Origin: Lytechinus pictus
Taxonomy: Eukaryota
Direction: 5' to 3'
DNA: 64,000 nt
NCBI RefSeq assembly: GCF_037042905.1
Contig: NC_087246.1
Location: 51,460,001 to 51,524,000, forward strand
Each line of letters starts with the position of its first letter. Position 1 is the stretch's first letter. The position numbers were made by a program, and so were the translations under genes. Under the pieces are notes generated by a model. That model made no database searches. It saw only the letters and a list, made by a program, of their open reading frames with translations, and was not told the DNA's origin. Of this stretch, positions 28,640 through 41,225 are shown piece after piece.

Positions 28640-29166
28640 GGATAGTGACATCATAAACTGACTCATCGAATATTCCTGATTTCATGGATACACGTTTTGT
28701 TGTAATAAAATGCAGAACTGAAAAAATCCATAACTTTGGTATTTTTCATCCAATTAATATTAAGGTTTATACATGTAGTGTCTTGCATGTTTTAAAAATT
28801 CTCTGTTCATTAGTATAATTTTCAGCCTTGAGTATCGCTTTAAAACAAAGTTAGAAAGTCAGTATCACTTCTTGAAATGGGAAGAAATCTGCAAAATATC
28901 TGTTACACAAAAAGGGAAAACTTCTATGTCAAAACATTTTTCTCAATGTATGATAGCTGCTGATACTAAACAGTGAATGTGATCGTCTCCAACCTGTATG
29001 AAGTATGAACATAGGCATAAAAATTGTGGCAATTGTGATCAAAATCGCATTTCCTTTCATTTATGATTCCCACTGGTATGCAGATATATCCATCTGCAAT
29101 TCAAACTTAGATCACATTGATAAGACACATTATATTCAATAAATTCCAATTTAATTGGTTTCTTAC

Positions 29167-29291
29167 CTCTGACAGAAACTGAAACGAACACTTGAAAATC
29201 CAGCTTGCTTCCTTCCCTCTCGGATCATCACATTGGCAACTGTCGAGCTTCACCCTATGTGCCTGTTATATCGCAGGGAAGCACTTCACTT
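29167..29291 (-). other. Probable non-coding 5' UTR exon of the second gene
   Basis: Strong acceptor tttttttgttcttaatag and donor GAG|GTAAGA around a GC-richer 125-nt block; stops in all three frames. Confidence 0.5.
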
Positions 29292-29642
29292 CTATTAAGA
29301 ACAAAAAAATAAGTATGATAGAATTCATTTAACATCAAATATCAGAGTTTTATTTCTCCCTCCTTCTATCTCCCCCACTTATCGTTATTTATCCTAATAC
29401 CGGTAATCATTCTATCCCAATGAAGCAATGATTGACAATAATTTTGTATCCATAGAACACCAAGTCACTAGGAATCACCCCCCCCCCCTTTAATAGATCT
29501 TAATCTCTTTCTATTTTTTCCCCAGCTCGATTAAGTTATGTTAGCATTTTAATTTCCAACAAAACATGATTTTTTATATTATATATCTATGTATAAAAAA
29601 ATAATAAAAAGTAAGATCTGCCTAATACTGTTCTCCCTTTTT

Positions 29643-29800
29643 GTTGGAATGCTCCCCAGGGAGTGGGGAAGGTGCATACATTGTATGCGGGCATGCAAGG
29701 ATCCGATGACCGGGGTAATAATATATCTGTAAAGCGCTTAGAGACGTCGTTCCGATGTGTTAAGCGCTATATAAATGCGGAATATTATTATAATTATTAT
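29643..29800 (+). mobile_element. SINE 3' half
   Basis: GC-richer body ending gtaaagcgcttagagac..aagcgctatataaatgcggaa(tat)n, an L2-type SINE tail. Confidence 0.65.
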
Positions 29801-31379
29801 TTTTCATCTTCACCGTTTTATTTCTCTCAACAAAAAACTTTGCAAATCCCTGAATCGGTCATAATGCTTCAAATGGTTTAGGAAATACAACGTACAAGAA
29901 TTAGAAACGTGATCTATTCCTGCCACTTCCTTCCTTTAAACAATGTTATTTTTTGTAAATATGTTAATTGCCTGAAATAAAAACTAAAAACACTGATTAA
30001 TCAGATTTGACTAGACAACTTGAAGAATAAACATGGATAAAAAAAAATAAGAGAGACAATTTCATACTGTTTTAAAAGCACAAAATATATAGTCATGATT
30101 AATCTACTAATGGTATAAAGGAAACATGCATGCTTGACAATTTAATAACAATTTACTGAATTCAATATCGTTGGAAAGGTAATTTTGAATCTAAAAATGT
30201 GCCCCCCCTCTTTGTCTATCAAAATGTATCTATCTATTATCTATCTATCCATCCATCCATCCATCTTACCAATAGATCAAACTATTGATTCATCTATCTT
30301 CTATCTAATTATCCTTTCAAATCTCTTCTATTGTTTCTTTCTCAAGTCTCAGAAATTTCTCATCTTCTGTCATTCTCGTAGAATGTAGATTTTTTCAGTT
30401 CATCTGCGCATCCTTTCTTACTACTGAACCCTGTATCCCAAGACACAAGACAGCTCATCTTGGCTGGTTTATTTGTAAGGATTGTTGCCATGGAAACCTA
30501 GTAATTCCACCATTTCAAACAGATGTTGACAACTTCTCCTGATGTGGGTGGTTTGAGTCATAATTTTTGTCTTCATTTTAGCTATATCACTTCCTTTACA
30601 ATAAAGTATGTGAAACTGAGCTACGCTATTAAGCACTGTATGTGCATAGAGTGCTTGTAAAATTGAAACCGATAGTACTATTGCCATTCAGCCTCTAATG
30701 CTTAAACGATATTTGATCTGTAAGCACTATTTATAGACATACATTAGTCATGATTTTTTTCAACAGTAACGCCTTTTATTACCTAAATATGATGAATTTA
30801 GGTATTGATTGGCAAACAAATGCAAGAATGTTTAAAGTTAGAAAATAAGGAATAAAAATTCTACTGCAAATGGGAAAATAATGGTTTTAGACAGTACAAA
30901 TTTTTTTATATAGGAACTAAATATTATTTCTAATTGGTATCTGGAACAATTATGATTACATTATTAATTGAAATCCACTGTACCCCCAAGTATTAATCTT
31001 AAATTTACTTAAGGTGTGTAATACTAGATTCTAAATCCTGCAACTGAGCTAGAACTTCATAATGACACAGGATAAAATAGTATTAAAACTGTATTTTACT
31101 GGGATGTTCAAAACATACTCTTCTAAAACCATTGCATAAGTTAATCAGCATTTAGACATACCCTTGATAATATTATTCATAAATGAAAATGAAAAAGATG
31201 TAGATTAAGGAAGAAAAGTAATCTTAACAAGGATGAGGAGAATAAAGAAGCAGTAAGGAAATAAAGGGGACAGAACAAAAATATATAAAGACAAAACTTT
31301 GGGTCTGTGCTCTGACTCCTTCCCATTCAGTGAAGGAGTCACAGCTCGGAGGCCAAAAAAAAAGATAAAGTGAAAGGAA

Positions 31380-31855
31380 TGTGAGAAGAGAAAGGAGGGA
31401 GAAGCGAGGAAGAGGAGGGAGAAAATGATGAAATGGAGAGTAAGGATAACACTGGGAAAGAAGTAGAGGCAAGTGAGGTGAAAGAGGGAAAAGGTGAGAG
31501 AGAGGGAGCTAGCTAGAGGATGTGGTGGAGGAAAATGGTTAATGATGAGGGGCAGGGAAAGGAGGGAATGGGAGAAGGGGGTGGGGGAGGAGGGGAGGGA
31601 GTAGAGGAGATCAAGAGTGAGGGGAGGATGGGGAAAGGGGGTGAAGGGAGAAGTGAAGAGCTAGGAAGGATGTGGAGGGGAGGATCGAGTAGAGGGGATA
31701 GAGAGAAGAGCTAGGACAGGAGGGGGTGGGAGGAGGGAGGAGCTGGGAAAGGAAGAAGGGAGAATTAAGGGATGAGGAAGGGGTAGAAAGATATGAAGTG
31801 GAGAGGACTCCAAAAGAAGGGAGTATGGGAGGAAAGGAATGGAGAGGAAGGGGTC
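31380..31855. repeat. Polypurine (GA/G-rich) tract
   Basis: ~470 bp dominated by G/A with many GGG runs. Confidence 0.85.
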
Positions 31856-32167
31856 AAAACATCTGACACATTGGTATTTGATGGCTTCATGCAATACGGG
31901 TACCCACAGTTGATCCGCACACATTACACAGAGTCAGATACAGGTCGAGCCTCGCAACCTCCCTGAAAACTTTCTCAGGCCACAATCAGCATCCGCGATG
32001 AATTATCAACGGGGAACTCCCGCATCCAAGCAGTATACACGTGCACACACAATTATTCCGCAAAGCAAACAGGGCAACATGAATAGATTCTATTAATAAA
32101 GTCTTTCCTCATGAAATCAATCAACAATATTTCACTCACTACACAAGAAGGAAGGCTAACTACGTAC

Positions 32168-32512
32168 CTCTATTCCAAAGTCAACTCTAAAAATGTTTAT
32201 CTCTGATCCTAGCTCATCCACTTGTTTTGACAGGATTGACTGACAGGTCTCTGAACATTACACACATCGGATCACATCAACAGATGCTGTGCTTTTGAGT
32301 TGTTTGTAACTGTGCATACAGTGAAAGTTGAGGGAGTTATTCAACATCAAGTTCAAGCTCGCTCGAGTAGGAAAAAAAGAAAAGGGGACCCCCTTCACGA
32401 TTTCAGAGGAAATTGATTTAATACCTTTGTTAAAAAGGGTGAGATGTGTTTTGTCCTGAACACGGGCCATAACAATCCTCGCACTAATGGCATGAGACCG
32501 AGCTATTTAAAA
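32168..32512 (-). promoter_or_regulatory. Candidate promoter/first exon
   Basis: TTTAAATA (32504-32511) about 26 nt before an Inr-like TTAGT (32483-32487); donor GAG|GTACGT at 32167. Confidence 0.3.
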
Positions 32513-32814
32513 GTTGCTGACCTAAATACGACTGGTGGAAATCACTAATCTACCTCTAAATGCGTCATTTATAACAAGCGATGAAAGACAGACAGACAAG
32601 TTCAGAAACATTGTTAGATTTATGACTCCTACTAGACAAAATTGCAAAGTTTACATTCTGCATCAGAGACGTTGCTACAGGGGGAGGATGTGGAGCATAT
32701 GAGTTGGGTGGATCATGGAAGGGAGAAAAGGATGATAGGATAAGTAGGCCTTGCAATTTCCCTATATGTGGCATCCTCAGATCCCCATATTCCTATAGGC
32801 CCCTATAGGCTCCT

Positions 32815-32945
32815 CCTCTTTTTTTTTTAAATCTCTTTCTTTCTTTCTTTCTTTCTTTCTCGGCCTTCCTTCCTTCTTTCCTTCCTTCTTTCTTTAGTTC
32901 TTTCTTTCGTTCTTTCTTTCTTTCTTAATTCTTTCACTCTCTCTG
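32815..32945. repeat. (TTTC)n/(TTCC)n microsatellite
   Basis: Read directly from the sequence. Confidence 0.85.
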
Positions 32946-33451
32946 TCCAATTGCTTTAATTGCATACCTATATCATTAAGCAGCTGGTCCCATCCCTGAT
33001 TCAAGATGGCAATAATAATTAAGCAGAGTACAACTCTCTGGGAATTATCTCGGTTAGGTAAGAATACTTGATTCATATTCACCAAAAAGCCGACGAAACC
33101 CGATAGGTGCCGTTTATTCCAAGACCCAATTAAACCTCTTGTAGATTGGATTATAAAACAATGTCTTGCTATACCTGAGAGAAATGCTAAATTTAAACTT
33201 TGACGAACCAGCTAGTGTTGCCGGTGGGTCATTGATATCAATGAACAAAATTGATGACACATTTACACACTTTGTTGAAATATTTATTTCATTGGAAACT
33301 TTATTTTCATAAAAAAATGATCAAACAAAAAAAATCAAACACAAAAGAATAATGACCTGTAAAATATACATGTTATATGTTCTGCCTTCAAATTTATGTT
33401 CATGAATGATATAGGTCTACGCCAGCGTTTTAAAACATGTTGTCCACTTAA

Positions 33452-34058
33452 AAGGGTACTCCAGGCTAAAAAATAATTATATGTAATTAAATAGAATAAC
33501 ATTTTCCAAGCAAAATACTGAAAATTTCATCTAAATCCGACAATAAAGAACAAAGTTATAGAATTTCAAAGTTTAACAATGTTTTGTGAAAACAGTTATA
33601 TGCAAATCGTCATGAATATTCATTAGGTGGGCTGATTATGTCACAATCCCAATTTCCCTTTTCTCATGTTATTACATGAAATCACATTTATTTCATATTT
33701 TCATACATTTGTGTATGATATATGTCTCCTTATCATAAAATAAGTTACAGCAATAAATAATTATTTAATGCATATTAAATCAGTTGTCAATTCATTTCTT
33801 CTTTTTTTCTTGGAGGATAGAATTTGAATGATTTCATAAATACAAAAGAACAAGTGGGGATATGGCATCATCAGTTTGCTCATTGAATTTTCATGAAGAC
33901 ATGCATAGAACTGTTTCACCGAAATAATGCAAATCCTTATAGTGTCTTACTTCTCACCTTCGTTATTCCTTATCCAATTTTGATGAACTTGTCAGTTTTT
34001 TTTGTCCGATTTTTCTTTATCTGTTCAAATCTTATTTTGTTCAGCCTGGAGTACTTCT
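33452..34058. mobile_element. Kolobok/T2-like MITE (GTACTCCAGGCT subfamily)
   Basis: TTAA|aagggtactccaggct ... agcctggagtacttct|TTAA; degraded relatives at ~43300-43870 and ~28645-28840. Confidence 0.8.
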
Positions 34059-34457
34059 TTAATTCGTTGGAAAGCATTAAGGTCAGTCTCAAGATCTGCC
34101 ATAATTTTAGGAGGGGAATTCATGAATTTAAAAACTAAATATTATAATTTTTAGGCCTATATCATCTCTTATTTCATGGAGGCCTTATTTTTAATGTACG
34201 TCCAATCAAAATTGGCAAAATTAAGTAAAAAGTTGATAAGCACTATTAAAGGTCCTCATTCATCACTCAAAGAATGATAATTCATTTTTTTCTCATCTGA
34301 ATCATTAGTGGTAACAATGGCCGTTATTCAATGAGCCTTACACTCTTATGTTAATTTTTCCCTATTTCGTTCATCGGTTATTGAAAATTTGCTTGGGAAG
34401 TCTATACGAGCTACTTTAGATTTCACCAATCATGATCACTCAAAATATTAATAAGGT

Positions 34458-34684
34458 CAGTGGCGGATCCGGGTAGGGGCACATTCCGACCCGTGCCCCC
34501 TTTCAGAGCCATAACAATTATTTGTAAGGGAAATATGTCATGCATTCCCAAACTGAGGAACCCCCCTTCTTTTTTCTTTGCTTGTCAAATTTTTCATGAC
34601 ATAAATCACCATTAATTGGGAATAAAGACTCTTTTTTTGGGGGGGAGGGTTGCCCCTCTTTTTGAAAATCCTGGATCCGCCCTG
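34458..34684. mobile_element. hAT-like MITE (CAGTGGCGGATCC)
   Basis: aataaggt|cagtggcggatcc ... ggatccgccctg|aaaaaggt; flanks match at 7 of 8 positions. Confidence 0.8.
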
Positions 34685-34722
34685 AAAAAGGTAAGAAATT
34701 TTGAAGAAGAATACTAGCCATT

Positions 34723-34957
34723 NNNNNNNNNNNNNNNNNNNNNNNNNNNNNNNNNNNNNNNNNNNNNNNNNNNNNNNNNNNNNNNNNNNNNNNNNNNNNN
34801 NNNNNNNNNNNNNNNNNNNNNNNNNNNNNNNNNNNNNNNNNNNNNNNNNNNNNNNNNNNNNNNNNNNNNNNNNNNNNNNNNNNNNNNNNNNNNNNNNNNN
34901 NNNNNNNNNNNNNNNNNNNNNNNNNNNNNNNNNNNNNNNNNNNNNNNNNNNNNNNNN
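34723..34957. other. Assembly gap
   Basis: 235 consecutive N. Confidence 1.
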
Positions 34958-35545
34958 CTTTATTCATTCAAGGCTGTTTTGAAGAGAAATACACTGTTAA
35001 AATATAATACCTAAAATCTCGGTGTGTAATAATACGTATCAACCGACATTACAACCCCCCCCCCTCCGCACTTGCACTCTCGCACACTTGCACTTGCACT
35101 TGCACTTTTATCAACATGATTATAACTTCCTCATTTTAATTTTTCTTTCCCTATCTACTTTTTTGGTAATATTCCTATTATTTTGTGCAATAAAAGATAA
35201 GTCTCTTTTATTGCACTGTTTGTCTGATTTTCCTTCCCCTTTCCTTTTGAGGCCTTTATAAATTTCAAGCTCTAAGCTTAAGATGAAGGTCTCCCACATT
35301 TCAAAATGTATTATGTTGATATTTGTATATATATAATTTTTTCCTGCTATTTATTTTAATAATTTAAAAAAAAAAAATTATCAGGTATAAATATATTTCA
35401 ATTAGATTGTTAGATTGTATACATGCATATGTTATTAATTATATCATTTGCTTATTGTTATGTTATGCTAAGAAAAAAATGATCACACTTGTATATACTT
35501 TTTTTTATTGGAATGTGCAAATAAATAAATCAAATCAAATCAATC
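34958..35545 (+). mobile_element. LINE 3' end (CR1-like)
   Basis: SFKAVLKRNTLLKY resembles the end of ORF2; long AT-rich UTR ending aataaataaatcaaatcaaatcaatc. Confidence 0.45.
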
Positions 35546-36104
35546 ATCAATGATTATTATCTTTACTATTATTAGTTCTCGGTTGATCTTAATGGGGGAG
35601 AGGGAAGTTTCATTACATACAAAAAATGTAGTTAACAAACCGTTACCAATCAATTGGTGAATATGACACCTCCCATGCACCCAAATGGAATCCTCTACTT
35701 TCAACCAATTTTAACTTATTACCAATTGAGTTTGAAAACCATAGGTCCCATATGCCTCTCTGTATAAAGGGGATAACCTATATATAATCATATTTAAAAA
35801 AATATTTTATATTTGTTGGTAAATTTAAGCCCTTCCTTTGTTCGCATCAGTGATCTCGATCATCTCGTCTTGGTATCACTCAGATGGCATATTTCAGATC
35901 AGTTATTGAAAGAGTCTCCATGCATCATCATCAATATTTCCAGTGCTCATCAATGGATAATATGGGACTGAAAAAATGAAATTAAATGACAGAAATGTGA
36001 GCCCAAGAAAATGGGAGTGAGGTTGTGGGCATGGACAAGTATAGTATAGACTCAGACAAAGAAGATAAAGGGTAAGGTTTGGTATGGCTTGCAAAGACTT
36101 TATG

Positions 36105-36319
36105 CACTGGCGGATCCAGGGGGGGGGGGCACATCCAGCCCGTGCCCCCCTTTTGAGAGGCACAATTAAAATTTGTAATGTAAAAATGCCGTTAAAACAG
36201 AGGTGTGCCCCCCCCCCTGGAAAGTGAAGACCTTTTTTTTCTTTTTTTTTTGCTTCTCAAATTTTTCCTCGAGAAAGTGTGCCCCCCCCCCTTCGAAAAA
36301 ATCCTTTGATCCGCCCCTG
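36105..36319. mobile_element. hAT-like MITE with 8-bp TSD
   Basis: ACTTTATG|cactggcggatcc ... gatccgcccctg|ACTTTATG. Confidence 0.9.
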
Positions 36320-36861
36320 ACTTTATGGACTGTATATAGAGACCCCCGAGAAACCCCCAGAGTACAAACGAAAAATGTAAATCATGTAGATGTTATGCAA
36401 TAAATATGTATTCGCAGGATATGAAAGATTACAAATTTCTTGAATCAATCATTAGCATGTCTATTCGTTTAACAATTAAGTCTCACGTAACTAACCCTGG
36501 TTTGAAAATACAGAAAGAAACAAAAAGAGAATAATATATATGATTGAGCAGAGGATAATATATATGATAGAAAGAAACTATATGATTATAATCAAGTATA
36601 TCAAAAACGAATAATCAAAGTTAACTTTTTTCTCAGAGGACTGCATAGATCTGTGGGGGGGGGGGGGGGACAAACATAATTATGATTTGTTTATGAACAG
36701 AAAAATGGAGTCAAATGTTTTTACCATACCTGTACCCCTCCTCATCTTTCCCCCTTCTAATCTCTTTGCTTCTGTGTACTTACATTTAGGATGTTAACTG
36801 TTTTGTCCCCCTCCCCACTCTCTATCCATGTCCCTCACTTTACTCCCTCTCTCATTGTTAA

Positions 36862-37435
36862 AGGTCAAGTCCACCCCAGAAAAATGTTGATTTGAATAAA
36901 TAGAGAAAAATCAAACTAGCATATAACGCTGAAAATTTCATCAAAATCGGATGAGTTTTTAAAGTTTTGCTTAATTTCACAAAATAGTTATATGCACATC
37001 CCGGTCGATATGCAAATGAGACAGTCGATGATGTCCCTCACTCACGATTTCTTGTTTTTGTTTGAATTATACATTATTTCATTTTTTTACAGATTTGACA
37101 CAAGGACCAACTTGACTGAACCATATAGTACTATATAGTGATAATTCCACATGTTCAGAGAGAAATTAATCGTCGTTTCACTTGGCAATGAGGAGAAAAT
37201 TTGAAAATTTCATATAATAAAATACAAAAGAAATAGTGAGTGGATGACGTCATCAGTCTACTCATTTGCACATCGACCAGGATGTGCATATAACTATTTT
37301 GTGAAATTAAGCAAAACTTAAAAATGTCATAACTTTTTTCTTTTACATCCAATTTTGATGAAATTTTCAGTGTTATGCTTGCTGAATTTTTCTCTTTTTA
37401 TTCAAATCAACCTTTTTCTGGGGTGGACTTGTCCT
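36862..37435. mobile_element. Kolobok/T2-like MITE
   Basis: TTAA|aggtcaagtccaccccagaaaaa ... tttttctggggtggacttgtcct|TTAA. Confidence 0.92.
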
Positions 37436-38518
37436 TTAAAGACGTCACCATCTTCCCATACCCATCCCCTGCTGTATCTTCGTCTGCTCCTCCCTCGCTC
37501 CTTCTTCATCTTAACTTTCTTCTATTGGCCTACATGCAGCTTTAGTTCTGTCTTATGCAAAGTTTACTTTCCATGTATTTAGGCCACCCGTAACATTTGA
37601 TTATCTCATTTTTAAACTGCATTATCATCAATCTCAATATTTCCATATATATATTCATTGTGGTTACTTCCATAGCAAGTGACTATTCCATCATTCTGAA
37701 TATCATACTGATCAGCGATCGATCAAATACTCTTTTTGGGCTATGCAGAGCTGCACAGATCTGATATGTTGGGGGAAGTGTGGAAGCGGGGGTGGTGGAG
37801 GGGCTGGGCAAGGCACTGGGAACGAATTTGGCAGGGGGTGCTGAAACTTTAATACAAGCACAAAAAAGGGTTTCACTACAAAATGAAGGTCGTTTTGGTG
37901 CCAAGAAATTTGACAAGCAAAAAAAAAGTGTTCGACTTAAAATGTCAGTCATTTTCCTTATATTTTTCAAATTTGCCACACCTACCTAAATCCCAGGGGG
38001 TGCTGCCTATGGAGAATGATACACACAACACCCCCTGAGAAAATCATAGGGGTGCTGTAAAGCACCCCCGCTTCTCAGGGCCATGGGGCCGGGATTGTAT
38101 TCTCTATATGCATAATCATATTTCCATGCCTCATAGTCATTTAATAATATAAATCACTTGCATGCCATGCTTCTCTGATTTCCTTTACTAATGCCCCCAT
38201 TTTCCTCAATATATTCTCCCTTACATCAGATTTTATCCATGGAGCCTGTCATATTGTGAAATGGTGATACTGTATAATGGTAAACTCCAAATTTTACAAA
38301 GAGGGTACAACTTCAATTACATAGCTATCATGAAATAGCTTCTAAATATAGGACAGGGCAACATTAATTTGCGTAGATATGCATGCATAAGACATCAAAG
38401 TATATGTATATGTTGTCTACCACTTCATCAACATGAATCCAAATACCTCCAACAAAAATATTCATAGACAAATGAATAAAAAAAATATAACAAGCAAACA
38501 TGCATTTGAATTCCAAAC

Positions 38519-38524
38519 TTTATT
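38519..38524 (-). terminator. Candidate polyadenylation signal of the LRR/Calx-beta gene (implies a ~4.4-kb 3' UTR)
   Basis: AATAAA on the minus strand followed by a GT/T-rich element (gtttgcttgttatatttttttt). Other AATAAA hexamers are likely in this AT-rich DNA. Confidence 0.3.
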
Positions 38525-39691
38525 TTTGGTTAAAAAATAGGTTATACAACTTTGTCCATGTAAAACAAATAATAACATATCCAAGCACAAACAGTTTCAC
38601 CCAAATTTGCATAAGATATAAAGTTATACACATATGTGTATATAAAAAAAGAAAGTAATATATCATCATCATTTTCACAAACTCAAGAAGGTTTCATCAA
38701 ACAGAGACAAATTTTGAAATTCCACATGTTTAAAGTCCATCTTTATATATATATATATATGAATTCAATGAATACACAATTTTTTTTCAGTCTTAATTGT
38801 ATAGATGTAACTTATACCTCAAAAGAGTTTGCAGTTATGAAAATGATCCAACTTTGATTCAGTTTTAATTCTATACGGATATGATTTCATATTTTTTCAA
38901 TATTTTTCCCTTACCACAATTGGTTGGATTGATTTAAAATGTAAGAAATTCAGAGGTAATGGGCCATATCAGCACACAATTAAGACATTGGAAAGCACCA
39001 GAATTATATCTCTTTAACAAATATTTTACAGTGAGGATCTCTTCTTGTTATCATCAACAAGTTTATGAATACAATAATAAACATCTTTCTTGCAGTATCA
39101 TTTCTAATTATGGTATCTAATCTAACTCCAGCAACAAAATACTATCCAAGTACTGTTTTTGACTTAGAAGAACTCTGTATAACATACTCAGCCAACTATA
39201 TGTTTATGATTTCCACCTAAATCCAAGACAACTACTTATAAGAATGAAACCCAGTAATAAAGGCCTTTGTCATGCTGCATGAGAATTACAGCATTTTGGA
39301 TGGAAAATAATGGATCATAATGCTAATTATAATTGTATTCCCCCAATTCAGGTTACCATAGTACTTTGCAAGGATACAATTGGAATGTGACTACGGCATG
39401 ACCTTCATTGGTGACTCCATGCACAAACTTCTCCATATTATTCCATATCAAGCAAGCATGCACATCACTTTTAAAGATTTACCAGTTTCTTTGGTAACCC
39501 CTCCCCTACCGACCATCTTTTGATTTGAATCCTTCAACTGACATACCTTGTTTGGACAGGTATATAATGCCCTACCCCATACACTTTGACCTAATATATA
39601 TGTCTTGTATATATGTACATAATATATGTTACTTCAGAATTGAGTCTCTGGAGTAGATTCAAAGCCTCACTTGGAGTAGATTTATCACTTC

Positions 39692-40475
39692 GGGTGCATT
39701 GTTTCATAAAGCTGTTCGTAAGTTAAGAGCGACTTTAAAGGACAAGTCCACCCCAACAAAAAGTTTATTTGACTAAAAAGAGAAAAATCCAACAAGCAGA
39801 ACACTGAAAATTTCATCAAAATTGGATGTAAAATAAGAAAGTTATGATATTTTGAAGTTTCGCTTAATTTCACAAAACATTTACATGCACATCCTGGTCG
39901 GTATGCAAATGAGGAGACTGATGACATCATCCACTCACTATTTCTTTTGTATTTTATTATATGAAATGTGAAATATTCTAATTTTCTCATCATTGTCAAT
40001 TGAAACAACGATAATTCCTCCCTGAACATATGGAATTAGCATTGTTTAATACTATATGGTTCAGTCAAGTTGGTCCATATTGTCAAATTCGTAAAAAATG
40101 AAATATGGTATAATTCAAACAATAAAAAACATAAGAAATAGTGAGTGAGGGACATCATCCACTGTCTCATTGGCATGTCACTGAGTTGTGCATATCACTG
40201 TTTTTTGAAAAATGAGCGAAACTGTAAAATGTCATAACTTTCTTATTTTACATCCGATTTTGATGAAATTTTCAGCGTTATGCTAGTTTGATTTTATTCT
40301 ATTTATTCAAATCAACATTTTCCTGGGGTGGACTTGACCTTTAAGAACGACTGGTGATCCTTTCTTGGGGTAAAGGGTATATTGAATTGGAGATGATTTA
40401 GCGCGTAAGAAGGGTTAACCAGTCGGTCTTAAAGTCGCTCTTAACTTACGAACAGATTTATGAAACATCCCCCAG
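39692..40475. mobile_element. Palindromic MITE (8659 family) interrupted by a Kolobok-like MITE at 39739-40340
   Basis: Host reads ..gcgact TTAA [insert] TTAA gaacgactggtgatcc..; the uninterrupted copy at 8659 has a single TTAA. Confidence 0.92.
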
Positions 40476-41012
40476 GTAACGATTTCTTTATTACCTAGGT
40501 ACATGTGAAAGATTTATCTTAATAACTCTTCTTATGCTGTCTTGACTACCAGCCTAATATAAATGTAAAGTACTATAAATTAACATTAACATAATATAAA
40601 CACATATTAAATTCTTGATAGTTGATTCTGAACATAAACCATGAAAGACAAAATTTAATGCATATTAGTATATTTCAAATCATATTCATGTAATGCATGT
40701 ATTTAATAAATTATGTTTAATTCATTTGTCATTTGTATTCAAAATCATACCTATATTTCAATCTATTTAACAAAATAAAAACCAACATACTTTTATATAA
40801 TATGCATACACTTTAAAAAAACATTTTTTACTGATAAATTGTTAAGTAGATAGAGAATAAAACTTTCGACTTATTAAAAAAACACTTGAAAATATACATT
40901 AATTCTTAAATTGCTCAAAATCCTCAATAGCACCTTAAATCTTCTGGAAAGGGGCTCTATAAATCCACTTGTTTTTATTATCAGCATTATCATCATTGAT
41001 AGTTGATATATG

Positions 41013-41225
41013 TACACATGCTGTTTGAAATCTTTTATACAATGCTGTAAACCATGTGAAATTTACACTTGTTGTTTAACAGTTTAAACAAGTGTTTAAT
41101 ATCAAAGCTGATTTTTAATATTTCATTTTCATGAATTTGTTTAAGTTGTTAAAACAGTTAAACAACTCTAAAATTCATTTGGTACACAGCATTGTATAAA
41201 TATTGAATAGCGTTTTTACTGTGTA
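41013..41225. mobile_element. AT-rich palindromic MITE
   Basis: tttatacaatgctgt..gttgtttaacagtttaaacaa / ttgttaaaacagttaaacaac..acagcattgtataaa. Confidence 0.65.

Noticed and set aside
34518-34982. ORFs of 149 and 93 aa
   Set aside because: Artefacts of translating through the N gap
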